From the NCBI GenBank assembly GCA_026134025.1, contig JAOQII010000003.1:16166-80165 (forward strand): a DNA stretch of 64,000 nt, in the 5' to 3' direction. Every line of letters starts with the position of its first letter. The stretch's first letter is position 1. The position numbers and the translations under genes were made by a program. This stretch comes from Candidatus Syntropharchaeum sp. (GTDB lineage: Archaea > Halobacteriota > Syntropharchaeia > Syntropharchaeales > Syntropharchaeaceae). Under the pieces are notes generated by a model. The model was not told the DNA's origin. It saw nothing but the letters and a program-made list of their open reading frames with translations, and did no database searches. Positions 49,639 to 59,239 of this stretch are shown piece after piece.

Positions 49639-49920
49639 ATGTCAGTGGTCTATACACGGGGTCTCTACGGAAAAAATGTCGTTGCAACTGATGGAACCGA
49701 GGTGGGTGAACTTGTAAATATCCTCGCAGATATGCGAACAGGTGAACTCATCAGCATTGTTGTAAAGCCAGATATAAGCTTCGATACAGGCGGATATGAG
49801 ATGGATGATGGCTTCATTCTTATTCCATTCAGGGCTGTGAAAGCTGCAAAGGATGTTATAACTGTTGACAAGAGTCAGATTGGATATCCTTCGGAAGATA
49901 TAGCCAGTATAGAGGTCTAA
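49639..49920 (+). CDS. PRC-barrel domain protein
   Basis: LYGKNVVATDGTEVGELVNILADMRTGELISIVV is the classic PRC-barrel pattern. Confidence 0.5.
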   Translation: MSVVYTRGLYGKNVVATDGTEVGELVNILADMRTGELISIVVKPDISFDTGGYEMDDGFILIPFRAVKAAKDVITVDKSQIGYPSEDIASIEV

Positions 49921-49937
49921 GGTTCCTTCTGGTTTAA

Positions 49938-50627
49938 ATGAGATCGAGAGAGGTGGATGCGTTACTTGGAGAGGCAGCATCAGGTAACCGTAGTGTTTTA
50001 ACAGAGTACGAGTCAAAGAAGATCTTTGCTGCGGCAGGAATACCTGTTACAAAAGAGATTCTCACAGATTCGATCGAGGATGCGATTGCAGCAGGGAATA
50101 AGATCGGGTATCCGGTTGTTTTGAAGATCTCATCCCCTGAAGTGAGCCATAAATCAGATTTTGGGGGCGTATATCTCGGTATCAGCGATGAAGAGGCGCT
50201 TAGAGTGGCGTGTGAAGATCTTAAAAAGCGAGCAGAAGATGCGTCGATCGAGTTCTCATTCCTCCTGCAGGAGATGGTAGATGCAGGTCAGGAACTTCTT
50301 GTAGGAGCAAAGAGGGACGCAACCTTTGGTCCTGCAATCCTGTTCGGTCTTGGAGGGATATTCACAGAGATCCTCGACGATGTAGCAATCCGAATTTCCC
50401 CGATCGAGCGTGAAGAAGCCCGGAGAATGGTACGTGAGATTAAAGGTGCGCCGGTACTGGATGGATATCGCGGGATGCCACCTGTCGATCTTGAGGCGGT
50501 TGTTGACGTCATACTCAGGGTCTCAGAACTCATGGAGACGTATGAAGAGATATCTGAACTTGATATAAACCCGCTCTTTGGATATGAGAAGAGCGTACTT
50601 GCAGTTGACGGGCTTGTTCTACTATGA
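49938..50627 (+). CDS. acdB: Acetyl-CoA synthetase (ADP-forming) beta subunit (ATP-grasp)
   Basis: ATP-grasp segment LTEYESKKIFAAAGIPV...GYPVVLKI...KSDFGGV. Confidence 0.8.
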   Translation: MRSREVDALLGEAASGNRSVLTEYESKKIFAAAGIPVTKEILTDSIEDAIAAGNKIGYPVVLKISSPEVSHKSDFGGVYLGISDEEALRVACEDLKKRAEDASIEFSFLLQEMVDAGQELLVGAKRDATFGPAILFGLGGIFTEILDDVAIRISPIEREEARRMVREIKGAPVLDGYRGMPPVDLEAVVDVILRVSELMETYEEISELDINPLFGYEKSVLAVDGLVLL

Positions 50628-52006
50628 ATCGCTTTTTTGAACCACAGAGCATCGCTGTTATCGGTGCATCGAAGAATAGATCAAAAGGTGGATACAGAAT
50701 CCTTGAGAACTTAATAGAATGGGGCTACACCGGTAGGATTTATCCGGTAAACCCACAGGCAGATGAGATACTCGGGTTGAAGGTTTTCCCCTCGGTCAGC
50801 TCACTACCTGAGATCCCGGATCTTGCGGTTCTCGTTGTACCCCGTGAGATGGTGCTTGATGTGGTTGAAGAGGCAGGCAAGTTCGGGATCGATCGTATGA
50901 TAATCGTTGCAAACCGATTCTCAGATGGTGACGCTGAAGGGCAAAAGCTGGAGGAGAGTCTCGTTGAGCTCACAGAAAGTATGGGTATCAGGGTGCTTGG
51001 TCCAAACTCGATCGGTGTTGTGAATACAAAGATTGGGCTTGTAACCTCGATCCTACCGCTTGAAGCGTATAAGAAAGGAGGTGTATCTTTTATCGGACAA
51101 ACCGGAATGTTTCTTGGTGGGTTTGCAAGGTGGATCACCTCATCACAGTACTTCGGGATCGACAAGGTCGCCATCCTCGGAAATAAGTGCGATCTCGATG
51201 AGGCAGATATGATCGAGTACTTTGGGTCAGAGAAATCCTGTAATGTGATAGCTCTTTACCTCGAGGGCGTGAAGGATGGTAGAAAGTTCCTGAAAAAAGC
51301 AGCAAATGTTGCAGGCAAAAAACCACTTCTGATCCTCAAAAGCGGAAGAACCAGGATAGGTGCACGTGCAACTGCATCCCATACAGGCTCGATGAGCGGG
51401 GAGGATAGGGTATTTGATGCTGCAATGAAGCAGGTTCATGCGATCCGTGTCTATGACTTCGATGAACTCTTCGATCTTGCAAAAGCCCTCTCATACTTCG
51501 CAGATTGGCCGTCTGTAAAGGGTGAGCGTGTTGGGGTTGTATCGGTATCCGGGGCGGGATGTGTGCTCTCGGCCGATGCTATTTCAGATTGTGGGCTTAT
51601 GCTCTCAGATCTATCAGAAGATACGATCAAGCGAGTAATCTCGACATATCCGCCTGGATGGATGGTACAGAACCCGATCGATATGTGGTCCGCGATCGAA
51701 GAGGTTGGGGCTGATGAAGCGTATCTAAAGATCACCCAGGCCGTTATGGAAGATCCCGAGGTTGACGGTGTCTCTATCATCTTTATGGTCATCCCAACCG
51801 TGACCGAGATGGATATCAGACGATTTGTCCAGGCAATCAAGGTCTACGAAAAACCGTTTGCAATCTGCTTCATGGGCGGAGATATGCGGGTAGTTGATGA
51901 TTGGGAACGAATTATTGAAGAAGAAAAAGTGCCGGTATATCATTCGCCTGAACGTGCGATAAGGGCTATTGGCACGGTTCTGAGGTGGAAAAACGGCAAG
52001 GTGTGA
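50624..52006 (+). CDS. acdA: Acetyl-CoA synthetase (ADP-forming) alpha subunit
   Basis: CoA-binding IAVIGASKNRSKGGY plus a phospho-histidine loop ATASHTGSMSG; ATGA overlap with acdB. Confidence 0.85.
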   Translation: MNRFFEPQSIAVIGASKNRSKGGYRILENLIEWGYTGRIYPVNPQADEILGLKVFPSVSSLPEIPDLAVLVVPREMVLDVVEEAGKFGIDRMIIVANRFSDGDAEGQKLEESLVELTESMGIRVLGPNSIGVVNTKIGLVTSILPLEAYKKGGVSFIGQTGMFLGGFARWITSSQYFGIDKVAILGNKCDLDEADMIEYFGSEKSCNVIALYLEGVKDGRKFLKKAANVAGKKPLLILKSGRTRIGARATASHTGSMSGEDRVFDAAMKQVHAIRVYDFDELFDLAKALSYFADWPSVKGERVGVVSVSGAGCVLSADAISDCGLMLSDLSEDTIKRVISTYPPGWMVQNPIDMWSAIEEVGADEAYLKITQAVMEDPEVDGVSIIFMVIPTVTEMDIRRFVQAIKVYEKPFAICFMGGDMRVVDDWERIIEEEKVPVYHSPERAIRAIGTVLRWKNGKV

Positions 52007-52011
52007 TTTGA

Positions 52012-52626
52012 ATGGGAATACTGAAGAGACTTTCAAAGGATGAAGAGACCAGGAGGATTAATAAGCGGCTCGATCTTGAGGATGAGATCATATTTCGGCT
52101 GTCGAAGTACGAGGATCAAGATCCTGAGGTACTCTACGCTTGCCTGCGCAAGTACATGGCTGTCCGGTATCCATATCTCGATGACAGGGGGTATATCGGA
52201 GTTGCAGATGATACCCACCCGGGTCTTTACTATACTGGTGACATACTCATTCATACAACGAGATTTGAGTTAAAACCCGGGAGTATCGTCCACTTCCGCC
52301 AGTATGGCCCGGATGAGATGTACGTTCTTCACGGAAAGATTAACTCGATCGATGATCATGGGTATGCAAAGGTTGAGGGTCCAACAGGCGGGGAGGGGCT
52401 CATCAATCTTGAGGCGGTAATGGGCGTTCTTATCGAGGTTATACCATTCAGAGAAGGCGCCTGGGAGCGATTATTTGTGGGTCTTATGGGGACAGACTAT
52501 GAGATACTCGAGACGATGATATCGGACGCGATCGCGGGGTACAGATCAGAGGAGATTGTACCAGAAAAGCAGAAGAATGATATCCTCTCAGAGCTTGAGA
52601 GGCGGCTCGATGCGTTGAGGGGATAG
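52012..52626 (+). CDS. Hypothetical protein of 204 aa, co-directional directly after acdA
   Basis: Starts 6 nt after the acdA stop; coding-like composition; no recognisable motif. Confidence 0.4.
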   Translation: MGILKRLSKDEETRRINKRLDLEDEIIFRLSKYEDQDPEVLYACLRKYMAVRYPYLDDRGYIGVADDTHPGLYYTGDILIHTTRFELKPGSIVHFRQYGPDEMYVLHGKINSIDDHGYAKVEGPTGGEGLINLEAVMGVLIEVIPFREGAWERLFVGLMGTDYEILETMISDAIAGYRSEEIVPEKQKNDILSELERRLDALRG

Positions 52627-53003
52627 GATTATAAAAGTTCAACTTCTGCATTACCACTGATGCCCGAAAACGCTCGCATCGTCCTGGAGATATATCATGA
52701 AGACGGGGAGAAGCTCCCTGAAGAAATACTCAGCGAATCGGAGATCAAGGCTATGGCGAGTGTGTATGTCCACTTGAGCGGTCGTGATATCGATAACGCC
52801 CTTCTTGCGTTCCATCATCAGGTATCCACTCAAACGGCTTAACACTTGCAAGAAAGGTCGTGAAGGATGCAGGATATTCATACACCGATCCATTCCCGAA
52901 AGATCCATCAAAGACGATTGGAGGGGAGTTTTTAATCCTTACAAGGATCAGGGCTTATGAAGCGGCACCCTCCCATTTTTTTCTGTAATTTATCTCTACC
53001 CTG

Positions 53004-53219
53004 TCACCCACTCCTCATTGATGTCCATCCTCTCTCGTCATCCGCAAGCGATTGATTGATATGAGCTTTGTTCACATATCGCACACCCTCACGCACCTTG
53101 AAGTATGCTGCATCGATGAAGAGATAGTGAATTTCGCATTCGATCGGTCTCTTGAGAAACTGTTTCACACTATCGTCAAGTTTCTTCGCAATTAATTGAG
53201 GTTTCTCATACCCTCTTCG
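53004..53219 (-). pseudogene. IS256 (Mutator) family transposase fragment of about 70 codons, with no start and truncated at both ends
   Basis: Minus-strand frame reads RRGYEKPQLIAKKLDDSVKQFLKRPIECEIHYLFIDAAYFKVREGVRYVNKAHINQSLADDERGWTSMRSG. This matches the conserved IS256 block (...W..RPL...YP.LF.DA.HFKVRE.GRVV...). It is bounded by stops and has no ATG. Confidence 0.55.
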
Positions 53220-53432
53220 TCATCGATAAGAAAATCTTCTATGAATTCTTTTACAGAAAATTCGTTACGCTACCTTGAAAGGACGAAGTTTCCTGAGGGT
53301 GTTCTGAAGTTTGATGGCTGGAGTGGGTGCGAGGTGGTCTTTAAGAATGAAGGGGTTACAATCTATGAGCTTCTGGATGAAAACGCTTAATATATATACT
53401 GCTGCTTTAATTTAATATCTGGAGGATCGTCC

Positions 53433-54305
53433 TTGAATCCATGTGAATGGGAAGAGAAGCAGTTAATCGAGAATCGACTGTATCGCATTCTTGATGAGAT
53501 CGATGACTGGCCCCACAACAGGGAAATCATGCAGTATATAATTCGTTCAGGTGGTAAACGAACCCGTTCAATCATCGTTCTCCTCACATGCGAGCTTACT
53601 GGTGGCGATGCACGTGATGCGGTCGATGCCGCGGTCGCGGTTGAGTTCTCGCATATCGCATCACTCATTCATGATGACATCCTCGATGCAGGCAAGATGC
53701 GGCATGGAATCCCAACGATTTACGAGAAGTACGGGCTTGATCAGGCGATATTGATCGGTGATTTTCTTATATCAAACTCAATCTTTCTTGGATCAACGTA
53801 TGACGAGGCTGTGATAAAAGATCTTGCTCTGGCTACGATGAATATGGCAGAAGGAGAGATCCTCGATACAGCAAGCAGAACCGATCCATATTTCGACGAG
53901 GATAAATACTATGACCTGATAGAAAAAAAGACAGCCTCGCTCTTCTCAGCTGCTGCCTCTATCGGTGGCAGAATCGGGGGTGCATCAGAGAAGGAGGTTT
54001 TAATGCTTAAGGAGATTGGCACAAAGGCAGGAATCGCATACCAGATCCTTGATGACCTTCTTGAATTTTTAAACCTTGAGATAGACAAGCACTCAAGCGA
54101 TGCATCCGTTACACTACCCCTAATTCTAAACAAAACGATGGAAGAGGAAAAGGTTAAATTTGAATGTATCGAGCGGATCGGGACGCTTGTTGGTGGCTGC
54201 ATGGATCTTATAAACGCGTTTCCAGAATCACCTGCTCGCAAACGCCTGATTCAGGTGATTGAGTACATGACCCTCGAACAGCTCAAAGATGAATGCTATC
54301 TCTGA
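53433..54305 (+). CDS. idsA: Short-chain trans-prenyl diphosphate synthase (GGPP synthase-like)
   Basis: First Asp-rich motif LIHDDILD, second motif QILDDLLEF; 290 aa. Confidence 0.8.
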   Translation: MNPCEWEEKQLIENRLYRILDEIDDWPHNREIMQYIIRSGGKRTRSIIVLLTCELTGGDARDAVDAAVAVEFSHIASLIHDDILDAGKMRHGIPTIYEKYGLDQAILIGDFLISNSIFLGSTYDEAVIKDLALATMNMAEGEILDTASRTDPYFDEDKYYDLIEKKTASLFSAAASIGGRIGGASEKEVLMLKEIGTKAGIAYQILDDLLEFLNLEIDKHSSDASVTLPLILNKTMEEEKVKFECIERIGTLVGGCMDLINAFPESPARKRLIQVIEYMTLEQLKDECYL

Positions 54306-54924
54306 TCTTATCAACCGTCTTCCATGAGTGTCTGATAACGCGCAACATAGACTCGTCCTGACGCTTCAGTGCTTCAGCCACAAACGCGCGACTTTCAGGA
54401 TCCGCGGGGTATCCACTCCCGATCGTGCATCCAAGCTCTTCTTCGAGTTTCATCATCAGGTTATCTCTTGTGACCTTTGCAACGATCGATGCCGCAGATA
54501 CGATCAGGTATTTTACATCGGCGTTGTGCTCTGATGTGATCTTTGCAGGAGAAGCGAGAAGCTTTTTGAGATTCAGTCCAAAACGCTGGGCATTTACATC
54601 TGCAGCATCAACATATACTTCATCGGGCATGATCCTGTTGATCACCTGTGCATGTGCTTTTAAAACAATCTCATTCATCGTCATAACTTTTCTCAGTTCA
54701 TCGATCATCTGAGCACCAACCTCAAGCACGTGCCATGATGTGATCTCTTTGATCTCAACGGCAAGCGCTTCACGCTTCTTCTTTGAGATCTTCTTTGAAT
54801 CTTTAATACCAAGCGTTTCAAGACTGTGTAGATCTGTTTTCTCGAGTGCAACACACGCAACACACATCGGTCCAACAACAGGTCCCTTTCCTGCCTCATC
54901 AACGCCCGCAACAACTACCATCAA
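54283..54924 (-). CDS. rnhB: Ribonuclease HII
   Basis: VAGVDEAGKGPVVGPM catalytic DEAGRG-type motif; 213 aa. Confidence 0.85.
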   Translation of the reverse strand: MMVVVAGVDEAGKGPVVGPMCVACVALEKTDLHSLETLGIKDSKKISKKKREALAVEIKEITSWHVLEVGAQMIDELRKVMTMNEIVLKAHAQVINRIMPDEVYVDAADVNAQRFGLNLKKLLASPAKITSEHNADVKYLIVSAASIVAKVTRDNLMMKLEEELGCTIGSGYPADPESRAFVAEALKRQDESMLRVIRHSWKTVDKIRDSIHL

Positions 54925-54963
54925 TCAGAAACTACTTATCTTACCACGACTATTAAAGTTATC

Positions 54964-56001
54964 ATGCAGGAGAAATCTAACCATGATCGTATCTTTTATA
55001 TTATTTGCGGGATTGTCCTGCTTCTTGCATTTCTACTTTTACTGAGGGCTATCTTCCCGCTCTTTGATGGGATTATCCTGGGAGTCGTCTTTGCCTATGT
55101 TGCAAGACCGATAAAGAGAAAGCTTGCGGTTCTTGGCGAGGTGCTTTCATCAGCGATCGCAACACTGTGTATCATCATCCCGATCGTATTAATCGTTATA
55201 CTGGGGATTGGTGAGGCGATACGGCAACTTATCTGGCTAAGTTCGAAGCAGGAAGAGATCCTGAGTAAAACGTTGGGACTTCTGGGTTCAGATTTAGTTC
55301 CAGCGGATATTACAAATATGATCTATCAACGGCTACCAGAGATCCTGGATTACGTCACACCCATCCTTCACTCGATAATATCCATCGAGACGACGATAAA
55401 CATGGGTATCCTCCTCCTTAATGTCTTTGTACTCATCGTTGTTGCCTACTACCTCCTTGCAGATGGTTCAAAGATCGTCACCGCCATCCTCAAGCTTGTA
55501 CCTCTCGGAAAAGAGGATGTGGCATTGCAATACATACGTGAGGTCGATGATATAATTGCAGGGATATATGTTGGAAACTTCTTTGTCGCACTCCTGATCG
55601 GTCTTTTATCTGTTCCTTTCCTCTTTGCCTTCAAAGTGCCGATGGTTGCGCTGATTGCAAGCCTCGTATTTCTTGCGGCTCTGGTACCACTTCTTGCAAA
55701 GTGGATGATCTGGGTTCCAATCTCAATCTATCTCTTCTACACATCCGGGATATATCCTGCAATCGCTTTCTTCATTCTGGTTCTGATTTTCATCGACGTC
55801 GCACCTGAGTTTTTTATACGACCAAAGCTCATAGGCTTGACGTCAAAGATACACCCGCTCCTGCTGCTTCTTGCTTTCATCGGTGGCGGCATTACAGGTG
55901 GTATCGCAGGATTCTTTGGGGCGCCTGTACTTGTTGGAATCCTCGTAGGATCGTATAACGTCTATACCATGAGTGAGAAAGAGGAAGAAACGGAGGTATG
56001 A
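54964..56001 (+). CDS. AI-2E/PerM (UPF0118) family membrane transporter
   Basis: 8 TM helices with the characteristic long loop; about 345 aa. Confidence 0.5.
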   Translation: MQEKSNHDRIFYIICGIVLLLAFLLLLRAIFPLFDGIILGVVFAYVARPIKRKLAVLGEVLSSAIATLCIIIPIVLIVILGIGEAIRQLIWLSSKQEEILSKTLGLLGSDLVPADITNMIYQRLPEILDYVTPILHSIISIETTINMGILLLNVFVLIVVAYYLLADGSKIVTAILKLVPLGKEDVALQYIREVDDIIAGIYVGNFFVALLIGLLSVPFLFAFKVPMVALIASLVFLAALVPLLAKWMIWVPISIYLFYTSGIYPAIAFFILVLIFIDVAPEFFIRPKLIGLTSKIHPLLLLLAFIGGGITGGIAGFFGAPVLVGILVGSYNVYTMSEKEEETEV

Positions 56002-56004
56002 CCA

Positions 56005-56931
56005 ATGGGCTCCAGACACTTCGAAGGTGGACTTACTGGACTCGCTATCGGTGACGCACTCGGAATGCAGGTTGAAGGTTTAAGCTCCTATGAGTTTATC
56101 AGTGATTATGGTGATGCAAGGGTTGATTCTGTGAATTACCCACTCAAAGCAGGCCAGTACACCGATGATACGCTTCAGATGCTCATCCTTACCGATTCAA
56201 TCCTTGAGGCAGGTGGGTTTGATATTTCATCCTTCACAACAGCACTTAAATCATGGGGCAGGGAGATCATGAATGATCTGACCCTATCCCGTGGGATTGG
56301 ACCAACCAGTATCGATGCGATCCAGAAACTACTTGATGGTGTACACTGGGAAGAATCAGGGGGTATGAATCCAACGTGTGGTTCTGCAATGAGGGTTGCA
56401 CCGATAGGACTGCTTTATTCTCATGATCTTGATCTGACAGCCGAAATGGCGGCAAAATCGAGTATTCCAACGCATAGAAGTGATGAATCAATTGCAGGAG
56501 CTGTTGCAGTGGCTGTTATTGTTGCAGGGGTAGCTTCAGGGATTGATATATTAAATGCAGCAAAAAAAGCAGTAGATTATGCAGATGCACACTCAAAAAA
56601 GTTTTCTGATAAGATTCGACTTGCAATCTCGCTCAGAGATGATCCACCAGAGACTGTACTGAAGACTATCGGGACGTCGATTCTCGCCATCGAGAGCGTT
56701 CCAGCCGCGATATTTGCTGCACTTCATGGAGGAAACTTCGAGGATGCGCTGCTCATTGCGGTTAATCATGGCGGTGATACCGATTCAATCGGGGCAATGA
56801 CAGGTGCGATCAGAGGTACGATGCATGGTCTTGATGGCATACCACAGAGATGGCTCGATGGACTTGAGGATTGTGCCAGGATCATCAGCTATGCAAAAAG
56901 ATTATATGCCTTGCATGAAATGATCATCTGA
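56005..56931 (+). CDS. ADP-ribosylglycohydrolase family protein
   Basis: GLAIGDALG...YTDDTLQ N-terminal motif; C-terminal GGDTDSIGAM motif. Confidence 0.8.
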   Translation: MGSRHFEGGLTGLAIGDALGMQVEGLSSYEFISDYGDARVDSVNYPLKAGQYTDDTLQMLILTDSILEAGGFDISSFTTALKSWGREIMNDLTLSRGIGPTSIDAIQKLLDGVHWEESGGMNPTCGSAMRVAPIGLLYSHDLDLTAEMAAKSSIPTHRSDESIAGAVAVAVIVAGVASGIDILNAAKKAVDYADAHSKKFSDKIRLAISLRDDPPETVLKTIGTSILAIESVPAAIFAALHGGNFEDALLIAVNHGGDTDSIGAMTGAIRGTMHGLDGIPQRWLDGLEDCARIISYAKRLYALHEMII

Positions 56932-57443
56932 TGAGCACGCCAGAAGAGCACAGGAAAGGAGCAAAAGAGCGGTTTGACCTATCTCTGATCACGATATCAA
57001 CTTCCAAGTACTTTGATCGTGAGCGTGATGACCTGTCAGGTAAACTTGCAAGAGCGATACTCGAGAAAGCTGGGCACACGGTTTCATCAATGATTATTCT
57101 GCCTGATCAGAAAGATATGATCAGACGTGAGCTGCTCCGACTTATATTATCTGATACAGATGCGATCATAACAAGCGGAGGCACAGGACTTACCCCCGAT
57201 GATCTCACGATCGAGACGATCGCACCACTCTTCAAGAAAGAGATCACTGGTTTTGGTGAGCTATTCAGGAGATTGAGCTATGACAAAATCGGTACAGCCT
57301 CAATGCTTTCGCGTGCTGCTGCTGGTGTGATCGAAGGGAAGCTGATCATCTGCCTGCCTGGTTCACCAGATGCGGTAAAACTCGCGCTCGAAGAGATAAT
57401 CCTGCCAGAGCTTCCTCACCTAATGCGCCACATAGCCGGGTAG
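56931..57443 (+). CDS. moaB: Molybdenum cofactor biosynthesis protein MoaB/MogA
   Basis: ITSGGTGLTPDD motif; 170 aa. Confidence 0.8.
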   Translation: MSTPEEHRKGAKERFDLSLITISTSKYFDRERDDLSGKLARAILEKAGHTVSSMIILPDQKDMIRRELLRLILSDTDAIITSGGTGLTPDDLTIETIAPLFKKEITGFGELFRRLSYDKIGTASMLSRAAAGVIEGKLIICLPGSPDAVKLALEEIILPELPHLMRHIAG

Positions 57444-58047
57444 AATAACTTTAGAGTATTTTGATTTACCCCTCCCCACACCAGTCAAAACTTAAAACGA
57501 ACTCCCCCTCATGAATAAGTGCCGTTAACACCAGATTCTCCATCAATATTCATTCATCACCCCTATTTCCCCCCTCTAATCCTTAATTTGACGACAGCTT
57601 ACGCTAAGCTGCCTCCCGGTGACTGATCGTACGAAGCTGATAAAGATCAAAGGCGAATGCAGTGAAGATCATTTTCACACCAGTTCTTGCCACGGTCGTT
57701 ACAGTTAATCAGGGGATCTATTTGTGCAAGCCTACACCTGGACGTTTGACCTTTGCATACTCTTCATTCAAAAAATAATCGATTAGGGACTTTATAATTA
57801 TTATATTAGGAAAAGAGATCAATAATGCTTTCGGTTTTGGTTAAAAAGATTTTTTAGTGGTTTGTTGTGTTTGGTAGGGTTGAGGGTGGGGGGGTTTTCA
57901 AAGTTCCATATAGAAGTAGTAGGGCTCTGTACCTGTTGCCTCGTTCTCAGGGACGATCATCTGGAAGTCTTTTGTTGTCCCATCATACGCCTGGTATATT
58001 TGCCTGAACGTTGTATCGGGGGAAAATACATCGCCAGTATACCCAAT

Positions 58048-59238
58048 CTAAAACCACCTGTGAAAGGCATCATGCATAACCGCCTCAATATCAATCCCTG
58101 TAACACCGATTACAATATACGCGCCCAGGAATGTTCCGATAATGCTCCCGATATTTGCAAGGGCTGCGACAAGAAGAATCTTGAAGACCGGGTTTTTCAG
58201 GAGTTCAGAAATGGTCTCAACATCGACCAGACCCTTCAAATCCGATGTAGCAGGCGATCTAACCCATGCTTCAACGAGACCTGCAAACCATCCTGCTGCG
58301 ATCATCGGGTTCAGGGATGTGAGCCATGCAACAGCAAACGCCGTGAGAACCGAGAGTGGATGCCCCCGTGCGATTATAACACCACACGCTGAGAGAATGC
58401 CGTTTATGATGATCCAGTAAAAAAGTGCAAGAAGAAGACGATCCATCGAAACCCCTGAGGTAAGTATGACAAAGAGCGTCACCATCAAGAAGAGAAAGAT
58501 CATGATCCCGAAAACCTTCCCAAGATTGAATCGCTTCTTCGGGACTGATCTGAGATCTCCTTTCCGGGTGATCAGGGATGGGTCCTTGAGGTGTCTATCA
58601 ATCCCCTCAAGATGCCCCGCTCCGACAACAGCAACGATCCTGCCCTTAAGGTGCAGTAGCTGATTGGCGATGTATGCATCCCGTTCATCGATTAAGACCT
58701 CTGCAGCAGATGGTGAAAACCTCCTCAGTTCTTCGATTAGCTGTGATACTATATCGGCGTCTGTGATATTATCGATCTCGATCTCCTCTTCACCAAAGCC
58801 GATGAGAGATGCGATTATCGCAAATAACATCCTGAACTTCTCCCTGAGTTTCATCTTGCCCCAGAACCGCTGCATCGTAATCGCGATGTCTCGATCAATG
58901 AGTGCGATCCTTATCCCCTGCTCTTCTGCCGCTTCGATTGCTGCAAGCATCTCCGCTCCTGGTTCGACCCCCATCTCGCGCCCAATCTTTCGTTGAACGT
59001 ATGCCATGAGATACTGCATTAAGAGGAGGTAGACGTTTCCGCTTTTTATCACATCTTTTATCGGTACCTCTTCAACCTCTCCTTTTAAAGCCATATATCG
59101 TCTCTGGCAGAGTTCGACAGCCACAATATCTGGTTTTATCTGATCAATCGCCTCACGAACCTCTCTCACACTCTTTTCAGATACGTGAGCTGTTCCGATG
59201 AGTGTTACTTCCTTTTCTGATTCGTTCATTCCTTTCAT
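58048..59238 (-). CDS. TraB/PrgY/Tiki-superfamily protein with C-terminal TM domain
   Basis: GTxH motif LIGTAHVSEKS at the N-terminus and a second GxxH motif VVGAGHLEGI; 4 predicted C-terminal TM helices. Confidence 0.7.
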   Translation of the reverse strand: MKGMNESEKEVTLIGTAHVSEKSVREVREAIDQIKPDIVAVELCQRRYMALKGEVEEVPIKDVIKSGNVYLLLMQYLMAYVQRKIGREMGVEPGAEMLAAIEAAEEQGIRIALIDRDIAITMQRFWGKMKLREKFRMLFAIIASLIGFGEEEIEIDNITDADIVSQLIEELRRFSPSAAEVLIDERDAYIANQLLHLKGRIVAVVGAGHLEGIDRHLKDPSLITRKGDLRSVPKKRFNLGKVFGIMIFLFLMVTLFVILTSGVSMDRLLLALFYWIIINGILSACGVIIARGHPLSVLTAFAVAWLTSLNPMIAAGWFAGLVEAWVRSPATSDLKGLVDVETISELLKNPVFKILLVAALANIGSIIGTFLGAYIVIGVTGIDIEAVMHDAFHRWF

Positions 59239-59239
59239 C

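Noticed and set aside
53387-53668. 93-aa minus-strand ORF overlapping the idsA start
   Set aside because: Antisense to the polyprenyl synthase N-terminus. The Ser/Ala-rich translation is not credible.
57862-58392. 176-aa plus-strand Cys-rich ORF
   Set aside because: It lies antisense to the traB C-terminal membrane domain. The Cys/Arg-rich composition is characteristic of a reverse-strand artefact of a hydrophobic coding region.
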